Both the position numbers and the translations under genes were made by a program. The notes under the pieces are model-generated. The model did not search any database, was not told the DNA's origin, and saw only the letters and a list, made by a program, of their open reading frames with translations. From Zymomonas mobilis subsp. mobilis ATCC 10988 (GTDB lineage: Bacteria; Pseudomonadota; Alphaproteobacteria; Sphingomonadales; Sphingomonadaceae): DNA of 32,000 nt. Within the stretch, counting starts at the first letter, position 1. Each line of letters opens with the position of its first letter. Below, one piece after another: positions 1 through 9,647 of this stretch. The stretch covers positions 1,110,001 to 1,142,000 of the forward strand of contig NC_017262.1 in assembly GCF_000175255.2 (NCBI RefSeq), read 5' to 3'.

Positions 1-1
1 A

Positions 2-2191
2 GTGATGGCGGGTTGCGGTGTCGATCTCGCAGAATTGAAGCGTTCTCTTACGACGTATCTCGATACCGAACTGGATGCTTTGAAAATAGAAGGCAACAGT
101 GATCCTTCTCCTACGAGCGGTTTCCAGCGCGTGATCCAGCGGGCTATTTTGCATGTCCAGTCTTCCGGTCGGGATGAAGTGACGGGTGCCAATGTTTTGG
201 TCGCCCTTTTCTCCGAAAGAGAGAGCTATGCCGTCTATTTTCTGCAACAGCAGGATATGAGCCGATTGGATGCTGTCAGCTTTTTAAGCCATGGTGTTGG
301 AAAGGGCGGTGTCGCGGCGGATAATCAAGCCGAAGAAGAAAAGACCCAGCAGCGACCATCCGAGGTTTCTAAAAAGAACGAAAGCGCTTTGAAGCAATTC
401 ACGGTTAATCTGAATGAAAAGGCTGAAGTTGGACGGATTGATCCTTTGATCGGTCGTTCTGCCGAAGTTGATCGCACAATTCAGATATTGTGCCGTCGTT
501 CCAAGAATAACCCGCTTTATGTGGGTGATCCGGGGGTCGGCAAAACCGCGATTGCAGAAGGCCTTGCCCGTAAAATTATTGAAGATCAGGTGCCGGAAGT
601 CCTGAAGGATACCGTCATCTATTCTTTGGATATGGGGGCATTGCTGGCTGGCACCCGTTATCGTGGGGATTTTGAAGAAAGACTGAAAGCCGTCGTAACC
701 GAACTGCAAAAACAGCCGAAAGCTGTTTTGTTTATCGATGAAATCCATACGATTATAGGCGCTGGTGCAACCTCGGGCGGGGCAATGGATGCCTCTAACC
801 TTTTGAAACCGGCTTTGTCCAGTGGGACTATCCGTTGTATTGGTTCGACCACCTATAAGGAATTTCGCAATCACTTTGAAAAGGATCGCGCTTTATTACG
901 TCGATTCCAGAAAATTGATGTTGTCGAACCCACTGTCGAAGATGCCGTCAAAATTCTGAACGGCTTGCGGCCTTCCTTCGAAGAGCATCATAGCGTGCGT
1001 TACACCTCGGATGCCATTCGTTCGGCGGTAGAATTATCTGCCCGTTATATCAATGATCGCAAGCTGCCGGATAAGGCTATTGACGTGATTGATGAAGTGG
1101 GCGCAGCGCAAATGCTGTTACCGCCCTCCAAAAGACGGAAGGTCATTTTGGCCAAGGATGTGGAAGCTGTCGTCGCAACGATGGCGCGGATTCCACCGAA
1201 AACGGTCTCGAATGATGATAGCCAGATTTTGGCCAATCTTGAAACCGATTTGAAGCGGGTTGTCTTTGGTCAGGATAAAGCCATCAAGACTTTGGCTTCG
1301 GCGATCAAATTAAGCCGTGCCGGTTTGCGGGAAATGCATAAGCCGATTGGTAGCTATCTGTTTTCAGGTCCGACGGGGGTTGGTAAAACCGAAGTTGCCC
1401 GTCAGTTGGCTTCCTTGCTGGGTATCCCGCTGAAACGCTTTGATATGTCCGAATATATGGAACGTCATTCGGTTAGCCGTTTGATCGGTGCGCCTCCGGG
1501 CTATGTCGGATATGATCAGGGTGGTTTGTTGACCGATGCAATCGAGCAGAATCCGCATTCTGTTTTGTTGCTGGACGAAATTGAAAAGGCACATCCTGAT
1601 CTGTTCAATATTTTATTGCAGGTGATGGATAACGGTAAACTGACCGATCCGCATGGAAAAACGGTCGATTTCCGGAATGTCATTTTAATCATGACCAGCA
1701 ATGCCGGTGCTTCTGACATGGCTCGCGAAACGATCGGCTTTGGTGATCTGACGCGGGAAGGGGAGGATTTCGAGGCTATTAAAACGATGTTCTCGCCGGA
1801 ATTCCGCAACCGTTTGGATGCGGTGGTTCCCTTTGGCTATCTGTCGCCGGAAATGATCCAGCGAGTGGTGGACAAGTTTATTCTTGAACTTGAAATCCAG
1901 TTGGCTGATCGCAAAGTCGACATTGCCTTTGATGATGAAGCTCGCGAATGGTTAGGCAAAAAAGGCTATGATCGTCTCTATGGCGCTCGTCCTATGGGAC
2001 GCTTGATCCAAGAAAAGATCAAACAGCCTTTGGCGGAAGAATTGCTCTTTGGAAAGTTGGTTGATGGCGGCGAAGTCAAGGTTCATCTGAAAGAGAATGA
2101 GCCAAGCTTTGAAATCGTCCCAGGAGCGCCTTCTGTGAGCAAGAAGCCGAAAAAAGGGAAAGAAGCCAGTGAAACACTGGATGAATCCTGA
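2..2191 (+). CDS. clpA: ATP-dependent Clp protease ATP-binding subunit ClpA (5' end truncated by window)
   Basis: Two AAA+ modules with Walker A motifs GDPGVGKTAIAEG and GPTGVGKTEVARQ, plus Walker B VLFIDEIHT and VLLLDEIEK. The N-domain is partial, so the true start lies upstream of the window. Confidence 0.95.
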   Translation: MMAGCGVDLAELKRSLTTYLDTELDALKIEGNSDPSPTSGFQRVIQRAILHVQSSGRDEVTGANVLVALFSERESYAVYFLQQQDMSRLDAVSFLSHGVGKGGVAADNQAEEEKTQQRPSEVSKKNESALKQFTVNLNEKAEVGRIDPLIGRSAEVDRTIQILCRRSKNNPLYVGDPGVGKTAIAEGLARKIIEDQVPEVLKDTVIYSLDMGALLAGTRYRGDFEERLKAVVTELQKQPKAVLFIDEIHTIIGAGATSGGAMDASNLLKPALSSGTIRCIGSTTYKEFRNHFEKDRALLRRFQKIDVVEPTVEDAVKILNGLRPSFEEHHSVRYTSDAIRSAVELSARYINDRKLPDKAIDVIDEVGAAQMLLPPSKRRKVILAKDVEAVVATMARIPPKTVSNDDSQILANLETDLKRVVFGQDKAIKTLASAIKLSRAGLREMHKPIGSYLFSGPTGVGKTEVARQLASLLGIPLKRFDMSEYMERHSVSRLIGAPPGYVGYDQGGLLTDAIEQNPHSVLLLDEIEKAHPDLFNILLQVMDNGKLTDPHGKTVDFRNVILIMTSNAGASDMARETIGFGDLTREGEDFEAIKTMFSPEFRNRLDAVVPFGYLSPEMIQRVVDKFILELEIQLADRKVDIAFDDEAREWLGKKGYDRLYGARPMGRLIQEKIKQPLAEELLFGKLVDGGEVKVHLKENEPSFEIVPGAPSVSKKPKKGKEASETLDES

Positions 2192-2218
2192 CCTTATAGC
2201 GTAAGGTTATCGTTCTTT

Positions 2219-2251
2219 AAAAAAAGCGGGTTCTCTCGAACCCGCTTTTTA
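2219..2251 (+). terminator. Rho-independent terminator downstream of clpA
   Basis: Near-perfect inverted repeat aaaaagcgggtt-ctctcg-aacccgcttttt ending in a T run. A-richness on the 5' side means it could work in both directions and also terminate the convergent gene at 2281-3102. Confidence 0.9.
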
Positions 2252-2280
2252 TTATGGGTGACCTTAAGTATTGGGCAATA

Positions 2281-3102
2281 TCAGGATTTGAGTTTCCAGC
2301 CCCGCGCTATCAGGAGATAAGCGATACCGCCAAGAATAACATCAATGGCGATCACAATCGCGGCGCTTTCAAAAATATTGGCATCGGCTACCCCCAAAAA
2401 ACCATAACGGAAGCCGGAGATAACATGGAAGAACGGGTTCCATGTGCTGAAGCAGTAGAAAAAGCCATGGAGGCTGTGAACAGAATAAAAAGTGCCAGAA
2501 AGAAGGGCAAGCGGCTGAATAACGAAATTGGAGACCGAGGCTGCATGATCGTATTTATCTGCCCATATGGATGTAAGCAGCCCGATTAACGCCAGCATCA
2601 TCGCCCCGAAAAAGCCGAATAACAGGACAGCAAAGGGATGATTAGGGATGTAATGGACGTTTGGCCAGAAGGCCATCGCTACCCATAAAAAGAAACCGAC
2701 CAGAAAAGCCCGTGTCATCGCGGCACCGGTTAAAGCGGTAATAATTTCTTTGGTACCGATAGGCGGAATCAGATAATCTAAAATAGTCCCTTGCATTTTA
2801 CCCACTAAAAGTGAGAAACTGGCATTAGCAAAAGCGTTTTGCATCATGCCCATGGCAATAAGGCCGGGGGCAACGAATGCAGCAAAGTCCCAACCCAACG
2901 TTTTATGCCCGCCTCCCAATGCAACGGTAAAAATGACCAGAAATAACAAAGTCGAGACAACGGGAGCCCAGATTGTCTGCATCTGAACCTTGAAGAAGCG
3001 TCTTACCTCCTTCACATAGAGGGCATAAAGACCTTCCCAATTGATAGAAGCTATTGTGGCTTTACCAAAAGGGCGTTGACTAGCAGAAGACAGTTTGACC
3101 AT
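2281..3102 (-). CDS. ABC-2 type transporter permease
   Basis: Six-TM-like hydrophobic pattern. The text ALYVKEVRRFFKVQMQTIWAPVVSTLLFLVIFTVALG and PLALLSGTFYSV is characteristic of ABC-2 permeases. Confidence 0.85.
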   Translation of the reverse strand: MVKLSSASQRPFGKATIASINWEGLYALYVKEVRRFFKVQMQTIWAPVVSTLLFLVIFTVALGGGHKTLGWDFAAFVAPGLIAMGMMQNAFANASFSLLVGKMQGTILDYLIPPIGTKEIITALTGAAMTRAFLVGFFLWVAMAFWPNVHYIPNHPFAVLLFGFFGAMMLALIGLLTSIWADKYDHAASVSNFVIQPLALLSGTFYSVHSLHGFFYCFSTWNPFFHVISGFRYGFLGVADANIFESAAIVIAIDVILGGIAYLLIARGWKLKS

Positions 3103-3253
3103 ATCTGTTCGCTAAAGCTTGTTGGCTTTAGCTGCAAGTGGGTTCCTGCTTGGAATCGTCTGGAGTCAGAAAGAATTTACATTCCCTTAATCGGGATAAC
3201 GTGGAAATAACCGGCTTGTCGGGTTGATGGATTAAGAGATCGTGAGGAGTTAA

Positions 3254-3946
3254 ATGGCCTGGACCGAAGAACGAATTGAGCAGCTTAAGAAACTATGGGA
3301 AGCAGGCGATACCGCTAGCCAGATTGCAGAAAAGCTAGGCGATGTCAGCCGCAATGCTGTGATCGGGAAAGCCCATCGTTTAGGGTTACAGGCGCGCCCG
3401 TCTCCTGTGAAAAACAGCGATCATGCTGAAGCTGCCGATCATGGGCATAAAGAAAAAGAAGAGGCAACGCCTTCGGTAAGCAAAAATCCGACGGTCGCGC
3501 CGGTTGTCAACGAAGCGCGTAAAGAGCTTCATAAAAAAGAAACCGTCAAAAGCGTGAAAGCTGTAGAAGCTGTGGCACCACCCGCTGTGGCCGAGAAAAA
3601 AACTGAACCGGCACCTGTTATCCGTTCTATCGGCCCTGGTGGATTCCAGCGTCAGGTTCCGGGTGAACAGACGGCTCCCATTCCACCGGCACCACCGCGC
3701 CGCCTTGTTCCGGCCAAACCGTCACCTGAAATTGCGGATAAAACTTCGCTTTTGGATCTGACTGACCGGATCTGTCGTTGGCCAATGGGGCATCCGGGGG
3801 AACCTGATTTCCATTTTTGCGGCAAGCCGGTCAATCCGGGCTTCCCTTATTGCCTCGAACATTGTTCTGTCGCCTATCAGGCGCAGTTACCGCGCCGTGA
3901 TCGTCGGCCTACGCCAACCATTCCTTTCCCGAGGAATCGTTCATAA
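3254..3946 (+). CDS. gcrA: GcrA family cell cycle regulator
   Basis: N-terminal MAWTEERIEQLKKLWEAGDTASQIAEKLGDVSRNAVIGKAHRLGL and C-terminal CRWPMGHPGEPDFHFCGKPVNPGFPYCLEHCSVAYQ are typical of GcrA. An SD-like gaggag precedes the ATG. Confidence 0.93.
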   Translation: MAWTEERIEQLKKLWEAGDTASQIAEKLGDVSRNAVIGKAHRLGLQARPSPVKNSDHAEAADHGHKEKEEATPSVSKNPTVAPVVNEARKELHKKETVKSVKAVEAVAPPAVAEKKTEPAPVIRSIGPGGFQRQVPGEQTAPIPPAPPRRLVPAKPSPEIADKTSLLDLTDRICRWPMGHPGEPDFHFCGKPVNPGFPYCLEHCSVAYQAQLPRRDRRPTPTIPFPRNRS

Positions 3947-4085
3947 TTTCGATAACGGGATGAAAGCGATGGGATACGGGGAAAAGATGATTTTCCTCGT
4001 ATCAAAAAGAAGGCAGGATTTCTGAAAAAAGTTAGGTGATACGGGTTGCACCTTGGAAATCCTGTGCGTATAAATTTTGACTATT

Positions 4086-4110
4086 GGCAGCCTATTGGCT
4101 GCCTTTTTTT
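4086..4110 (+). terminator. Rho-independent terminator downstream of gcrA
   Basis: ggcagcc-tatt-ggctgcc followed by seven T residues. Confidence 0.9.
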
Positions 4111-4180
4111 CTTGGTTAGATTTTCTATGCCTGACGCGGCCTTATGCCAGCGCCCGGCCTAGTTGATAGGGAGAATAACT

Positions 4181-5371
4181 ATGGCCATAACGCCGTTAAT
4201 GCCTGTCTATCCTCGTTGTGCCGTCCGTCCGGTTCGAGGCGAAGGCTGCTATCTCTTCGGTGAGCAAGGCGAACGCTATTTGGATTTTGCTTCAGGTATT
4301 GCTGTTAATATTCTGGGGCATGGTCATCCACATTTGGTCAAGGCCATTCAAGAACAGGCCGCAACCTTGATGCATGTTTCAAACATGTATGGTTCGCCGC
4401 AGGGTGAAGCCTTTGCCAAGCGTTTATTAAGCCATTGCTTTGCCGACACCGTATTCTTCACCAATTCCGGTGCCGAAGCTATTGAATGTGCGATTAAAAC
4501 AGCACGTCGTTTCCATTACGCCAATGGAAATCCTGAACGGTTTAAGCTGATTACTTTCTCCAATGCCTTCCATGGTCGGACGATGGGTACGATTTCGGCA
4601 ACCAATCAGCCCAAAATGGTCGATGGTTTCAAACCGTTATTGCCCGGATTCCAAGTCGTAGAATTCAATGATCTGGCGGCAGCCGAAGCAGCGGTTGATG
4701 ATCAGACAGCCGGTTTCCTTGTTGAACCTATTCAGGGTGAAGGTGGGATCCGTCCAGCAACAGATGAATTCATGAAAGGCCTGCGTCGCATTTGTGACGA
4801 AAAAGGATTGATGTTGGTTCTGGATGAAGTCCAGTGCGGTTATGGCCGTTCCGGCACTTTCTTTGCCCATGAACAATATGGCATCAAGCCGGATATTATG
4901 GCCGTTGCCAAAGGTATCGGTGGTGGTTTCCCATTAGGTGCCTGTCTTGCAACCGAACATGCTGCAAAAGGTATGGTATTCGGCACGCATGGTTCAACCT
5001 ATGGTGGCAATCCGCTGGCAATGGCAGCAGGTCAGTCCATCCTTGATATCATTCTGGAAGATGGCTTTTTCGACCATGTCCAGAAAATGGGTAACATTCT
5101 GGCTGAAAAGCTGGAAACAATCGTCAAAAAATACCCCGAGCTTTGCCTTGAAGCCCGTGGTCGTGGCTTGATCCGTGGTTTAAAATTATCGGTTCCGTCT
5201 CGTGATGTTGTTGCGCATTTGCGTGACAATCATGGCCTTCTGACGGTGGCTGCGGCGGATAATGTTATCCGTATCTTGCCGCCTTTGGTCATCGAAGAAA
5301 AACATATCGATGAATTCATGGAAAAACTGGAAGCTGGCTTGAAAAGCTATGCTCCAGCTCAAGCGGCTTGA
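4181..5371 (+). CDS. argD: Acetylornithine/succinyldiaminopimelate aminotransferase
   Basis: Class III PLP aminotransferase features (YLDFASGIAVNILGHGHPHL, LMLVLDEVQCGYGRSG, FGTHGSTYGGNP). The track ORF opens at 4163; ATG 4181 (MAITPLMP) is the more likely start. Lies directly upstream of argF. Confidence 0.92.
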   Translation: MAITPLMPVYPRCAVRPVRGEGCYLFGEQGERYLDFASGIAVNILGHGHPHLVKAIQEQAATLMHVSNMYGSPQGEAFAKRLLSHCFADTVFFTNSGAEAIECAIKTARRFHYANGNPERFKLITFSNAFHGRTMGTISATNQPKMVDGFKPLLPGFQVVEFNDLAAAEAAVDDQTAGFLVEPIQGEGGIRPATDEFMKGLRRICDEKGLMLVLDEVQCGYGRSGTFFAHEQYGIKPDIMAVAKGIGGGFPLGACLATEHAAKGMVFGTHGSTYGGNPLAMAAGQSILDIILEDGFFDHVQKMGNILAEKLETIVKKYPELCLEARGRGLIRGLKLSVPSRDVVAHLRDNHGLLTVAAADNVIRILPPLVIEEKHIDEFMEKLEAGLKSYAPAQAA

Positions 5372-5392
5372 TTTTTCGGCCATAGAATAAAG

Positions 5393-6343
5393 GTGGTTAC
5401 TGTGCCCCATTCAATAAAACGTCGTCATTTTCTGAATTTTGCTGATGCTGGTGCAGATGCTGTGAAAGCTATGCTCGCGGATGCTTTGGCGCGTAAACAG
5501 GCGCGAAAAGGCTGGCCAAAAGGACGGGTTGATGCCGATGCGCCGTTAAAAGATTCTATTCTCGGGATGATTTTTGAGAAAAATTCAACCCGGACAAGAG
5601 TGTCTTTTGATGTCGGAATGCGACAGCTTGGGGGCAGCACCATCGTTATGGAATCCGGATCGACCCAAATCGGTCGCGGTGAAACCATTGCCGATACGGC
5701 TCGTGTATTATCCCGCTTTATTGATGCGATCATGATCCGCACCGATGACCATGCGAAAATCGAAGAACTGGCGCGTTATGCTTCAGTTCCGGTTATCAAT
5801 GGTTTGACGGATTTATCCCATCCTTGCCAGATTATGGCAGATATGCTGACGGTGATAGAGCATAAGGGTAAAGTGGAAGGCACACGTTGGGCTTGGCTGG
5901 GTGATGGTAACAATGTGTTATATTCCATCATCGAAGCCAGTGGCCTTATGGGCTTTTCTGTTATCGCGGCTTGCCCTCATGGTTATGAACCTGATCCGAA
6001 ATTTATCGAAGCGGCGCGTAAAGCAGGCTGCGATGTGGTTATTACCGATGATCCCGATGAAGCTGTCAAAGGCGCGGATGTCGTCGTAACCGATACATGG
6101 ATTTCCATGGGGCAGGCGCATGCTGAAGCAAAAATGGCCGCTATGCAGCCTTATCAGGTTAATGAAGCCTTGATGGCAAAGGCTGGCGATCAGGCTTTAT
6201 TCCTGCATTGCTTGCCCGCCCATCGCGGTGAAGAGGTCGTCGATGCTGTTATTGACGGTTCTCGTTCTGTGGTTTGGGATGAGGCCGAAAATCGGCTCCA
6301 TGCCCAGAAGTCGGTTCTGCTTTGGTCATTAGGGTTATTATAA
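5393..6343 (+). CDS. argF: Ornithine carbamoyltransferase
   Basis: [15 protein letters not shown] carbamoyl phosphate motif, [14 protein letters not shown] and [12 protein letters not shown] motifs. Start is a GTG at 5393 or the in-frame GTG at 5402. Confidence 0.93.
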   Translation: MVTVPHSIKRRHFLNFADAGADAVKAMLADALARKQARKGWPKGRVDADAPLKDSILGMIFEKNSTRTRVSFDVGMRQLGGSTIVMESGSTQIGRGETIADTARVLSRFIDAIMIRTDDHAKIEELARYASVPVINGLTDLSHPCQIMADMLTVIEHKGKVEGTRWAWLGDGNNVLYSIIEASGLMGFSVIAACPHGYEPDPKFIEAARKAGCDVVITDDPDEAVKGADVVVTDTWISMGQAHAEAKMAAMQPYQVNEALMAKAGDQALFLHCLPAHRGEEVVDAVIDGSRSVVWDEAENRLHAQKSVLLWSLGLL

Positions 6344-6411
6344 AATACCCTAACATAGCCTGAAATTAACTATGTTCCCTTGCTTTATTCCGGCAAGGGG
6401 TATCACCCTTC

Positions 6412-6446
6412 AAGTAAGCTGGCATCTTTTTGTCAGCTTACTTTTT
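6412..6446 (+). terminator. Rho-independent terminator between argF and hslO
   Basis: aagtaagctg / cagcttactt stem followed by ttttt. Confidence 0.85.
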
Positions 6447-6471
6447 ATGGGTCAGAGGATGCGAGGTAAAA

Positions 6472-7395
6472 ATGAGTGAGAATATCCAGAATAGTCCTTC
6501 TGAAAATCTCGATCGCTATTTGAGTTTTACGCTGCCTGCTTTGGATGCCCGAGGCCGAATGGTGCGTCTGAATAGCGTTTTGGACAAAATTCTTTCCAAT
6601 CATAATTATCCGCAGTCTCTGGCTTCTTTCTTGGCAGAGGCTTTGACCTTGACAGCTCTGCTAGGCAGTCTGTTAGATGAAAAAGATAGTCAGCTTACAC
6701 TGCAAATCCGTGCCGAAGGAGGCGCGGTTGACCTGTTGGTTTGCGATTTCAAAAATGATATTATTCGCGGCTATCTTGAATTTAATACGGAAAAAGAGGC
6801 TGCCTTACCTGAAAAACCCTCTCTGACTGACATTGTGGGTGAAGGCTATCTCGCTATTATTTTCGATCAATCGGCTAGCCGTGAACGCTATCAGGGTATC
6901 GTTGCCTTGACCGGAGAGTCTCTCTCTAAGGCTGTCGAAAATTATTTTACCCAGTCTGATCAAATTCCGACCTTAATTCGGATCGCTGTAAAGCCACCCG
7001 AAAATGGCCGCGGATGGATATCTGGCGGGTTGTTGTTACAGCATCTCCCCAAAAACGAAACGAATGCCCCAAGATTGACCCATCAGGGACTTGATAATCC
7101 TGACTGGGATCATGTCCGTCTTTTGGGTGAAACTATTAAACCGGAAGAATTGACGGAACAGGCCTTGAGTTGTGAAGATATCGTTTGGCGGTTATTCCAC
7201 GACGAAAAGCCGATCAATATCACCAGATCGGAATCTTTCTCGACTTTGTGTCGCTGTGATGAAGCGCGTTTCAAAAACATTATCATGCGCTTCCCCAAGG
7301 AGCAGCGAGCTGAAATGTGCGATGAAAATGGGCTTATTCAGATAGATTGTGAATTTTGTGGTCAGCATTATAGCTTTCCTGTCGATATCGACTGA
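6472..7395 (+). CDS. hslO: Hsp33 family redox-regulated molecular chaperone HslO
   Basis: C-terminal redox switch cysteines CRC...CEFC and Hsp33 core sequence. The track opens at 6430, but that extension overlaps the terminator hairpin; ATG 6472 (MSENIQNSPS) follows gcgaggtaaaa. Confidence 0.92.
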   Translation: MSENIQNSPSENLDRYLSFTLPALDARGRMVRLNSVLDKILSNHNYPQSLASFLAEALTLTALLGSLLDEKDSQLTLQIRAEGGAVDLLVCDFKNDIIRGYLEFNTEKEAALPEKPSLTDIVGEGYLAIIFDQSASRERYQGIVALTGESLSKAVENYFTQSDQIPTLIRIAVKPPENGRGWISGGLLLQHLPKNETNAPRLTHQGLDNPDWDHVRLLGETIKPEELTEQALSCEDIVWRLFHDEKPINITRSESFSTLCRCDEARFKNIIMRFPKEQRAEMCDENGLIQIDCEFCGQHYSFPVDID

Positions 7396-7469
7396 TATCA
7401 AGGGAGGCTACATGCCTGATTGAGAGGCGCTTTCACTGCCTATGGAAATACTCTATAAAGCTTTCTTAT

Positions 7470-9452
7470 ATGTCAGACGATCTTTTTAAATCTACCGTAA
7501 CGCCTTCCGCTGATAATTATAACGCGGATTCTATTGAAGTTTTAGAAGGGCTGGAGCCGATCCGGCGGCGGCCGGGTATGTATATCGGTGGAACTGACGA
7601 ACGCGCTTTCCATCATTTGGCCGCCGAAGTCCTTGATAATGCCATGGATGAAGCGGTGGCGGGTCATGCAACCCGCATTGAAGTCACTCTGGATACCGGC
7701 GATCGTTTAACCATTACTGATAATGGTCGCGGTATTCCGATTGATCCTCATCCGAAATTTCCTGATAAATCAGCGTTGGAAGTGATCCTGACCACGCTTC
7801 ATTCAGGAGGCAAATTTTCGAATAAGGCCTATGCAACATCAGGCGGCTTGCATGGTGTCGGTATTTCGGTTGTGAATGCGTTGTCATCCGAAACAACCGT
7901 TGAGGTTGCCCGCAATCGTTTGCTTTATCGGCAGTCTTTCTCGCGTGGCGTGCCTCTTGGGGCTTTGGAACAGGTGGGCAATGCACCAAATCGGCGCGGC
8001 ACCTCAGTTTCGTTTATTCCTGATACTGAAATTTTTGGTAAGACTCTCCATTTTAAACCTGCCAAATTATATCGGATGGTGCGTTCTAAGGCCTATCTCT
8101 TCGCAGGGGTCGAAATTATTTGGCGTTGTGCTCCAGAATTAGCCTCTGAAGACGTGCCGGAAAAGGCGGTTATCCATTTTCCAGGAGGCTTAGCCGATTA
8201 TCTGAAAGAGGAAGTCGGGAAAAGAGACTGTGCTACCAAAGAGTTTTTTACAGGGCGGCAGAGCTTTTCTGATGAAGAAGGTTCAGTAGAATGGGCAGTG
8301 GCTTGGCCGTTATGGTCGGAAGGCTCGTCTCTTTATTATTGTAATACCATTCCGACACCGGCTGGCGGCACCCATGAACAAGGCTTACGTTTGGCTTTGG
8401 TTCGAGGGTTGCGAGCCTTTGGTGAATTGGTTGGTCTGAAAAAGGCCAAGGATATCGCACCGGAAGATGTGATTGTCGGAGCGGATATGGTTCTGTCCCT
8501 GTTTATTCGGGAACCACAATTCCAGAGCCAGACAAAAGACCGTTTGACCAATCCACAAGTGGCAGGATTGGTCGAGAAAGCTATTCGTGACCATTTCGAC
8601 CATTTCTTGACGGATGATATGGATCGTGGACGCGCCTTGCTTGGCTTCATCATGGAGCGGATGGATGAGCGTCTGAGACGGCGTGCTGAACGGGATATCA
8701 AGCGGAAAACCGTGACAGCTGCTCGCAAGTTACGATTGCCTGGTAAATTAACCGATTGTAGTCAGGATACGGCTGACAATAGCGAATTATTTATCGTTGA
8801 AGGGGATTCCGCTGGCGGTTCCGCCAAGCAAGCACGTGACCGTAAGACACAGGCTATTTTACCTATTCGCGGTAAAATTTTGAATGTTGCGGCGGCGACC
8901 AATGCCAAAATTTTGGCCAATCAGGAAATTTCCGACATTACGCAGGCTTTGGGCTGTGGTGTCCGTGATCGTTGTGATCCGCAAGCCTTGCGCTATGATC
9001 GTATTATCATCATGTCGGACGCTGATGTTGACGGGGCGCATATCGCAACATTGTTGATGACTTTCTTTTTTCGTGAAATGACCGAGATTGTTCGGAATGG
9101 CCATATCTATTTGGCACAGCCGCCTTTGTATCGTTTGAAGGCCGGTGCCAAAACCCTTTATGCTCGGGATGACAATCATCGGGTAGAATTGGAAAAAACG
9201 GTTTTCAAAGGTCGAAAGGTCGAGGTCGCTCGCTTTAAGGGTTTGGGCGAGATGAATCCCCAGCAATTGCGGGAAACCACGATGGATCCCAAGACCCGCA
9301 GTCTTTTAAGAGTGACATTACCGAAAGATTATCAGGATAGGCAGGAAATATCGGATTTGGTGGATCGTTTGATGGGACGCCAGCCAGAGCATCGCTTTGC
9401 ATTTATTCAGGCTAATGCAGCCCAATTTGATGAAGCTGCTATGGATATTTAG
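7470..9452 (+). CDS. parE: DNA topoisomerase IV subunit B
   Basis: GHKL ATPase (DNAMDEAVAG, TITDNGRGIPID), EGDSAGGSAKQ and IIIMSDADVDGAHIATLL TOPRIM motifs. The length (660 aa) fits ParE better than GyrB. Confidence 0.93.
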   Translation: MSDDLFKSTVTPSADNYNADSIEVLEGLEPIRRRPGMYIGGTDERAFHHLAAEVLDNAMDEAVAGHATRIEVTLDTGDRLTITDNGRGIPIDPHPKFPDKSALEVILTTLHSGGKFSNKAYATSGGLHGVGISVVNALSSETTVEVARNRLLYRQSFSRGVPLGALEQVGNAPNRRGTSVSFIPDTEIFGKTLHFKPAKLYRMVRSKAYLFAGVEIIWRCAPELASEDVPEKAVIHFPGGLADYLKEEVGKRDCATKEFFTGRQSFSDEEGSVEWAVAWPLWSEGSSLYYCNTIPTPAGGTHEQGLRLALVRGLRAFGELVGLKKAKDIAPEDVIVGADMVLSLFIREPQFQSQTKDRLTNPQVAGLVEKAIRDHFDHFLTDDMDRGRALLGFIMERMDERLRRRAERDIKRKTVTAARKLRLPGKLTDCSQDTADNSELFIVEGDSAGGSAKQARDRKTQAILPIRGKILNVAAATNAKILANQEISDITQALGCGVRDRCDPQALRYDRIIIMSDADVDGAHIATLLMTFFFREMTEIVRNGHIYLAQPPLYRLKAGAKTLYARDDNHRVELEKTVFKGRKVEVARFKGLGEMNPQQLRETTMDPKTRSLLRVTLPKDYQDRQEISDLVDRLMGRQPEHRFAFIQANAAQFDEAAMDI

Positions 9453-9647
9453 CCTGAATAAAGCTTTTTCAAAAAATGCCGATGTCTTTCAGAAAACTGA
9501 AATTCCGCCATCATTACTGATGGCGGAACTTGGACAATCTGCATCGTGGAACGGATCCACCATGCTTTATTTTGTAAGCGTATTAAAACTATAAGACAAG
9601 GAAAGAGCAGTAGCCTTGCAATAAAAAATGATTTTAGTGAATAAATC

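Noticed and set aside
284-874. 196-aa ORF on the minus strand inside clpA
   Set aside because: Fully antisense to a strongly supported AAA+ coding frame, with no recognisable motif. Typical shadow ORF.
2254-2589. 111-aa + strand ORF antisense to the ABC-2 permease
   Set aside because: Overlaps the supported permease frame and begins just after the terminator. Composition looks non-coding.
6430-6471. N-terminal extension of Hsp33 in the supplied track (MSAYFLWVRGCEVK)
   Set aside because: The extension overlaps the terminator hairpin after argF. ATG 6472 gives the expected N-terminus.
8859-9266. 135-aa minus-strand ORF inside parE (also 8336-8728)
   Set aside because: Antisense to the conserved TOPRIM region of ParE. 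No independent support.
9397-9594. 65-aa + strand ORF overlapping the parE 3' end
   Set aside because: Mostly overlaps parE in another frame and spans the 9503-9528 hairpin. No SD or recognisable family.
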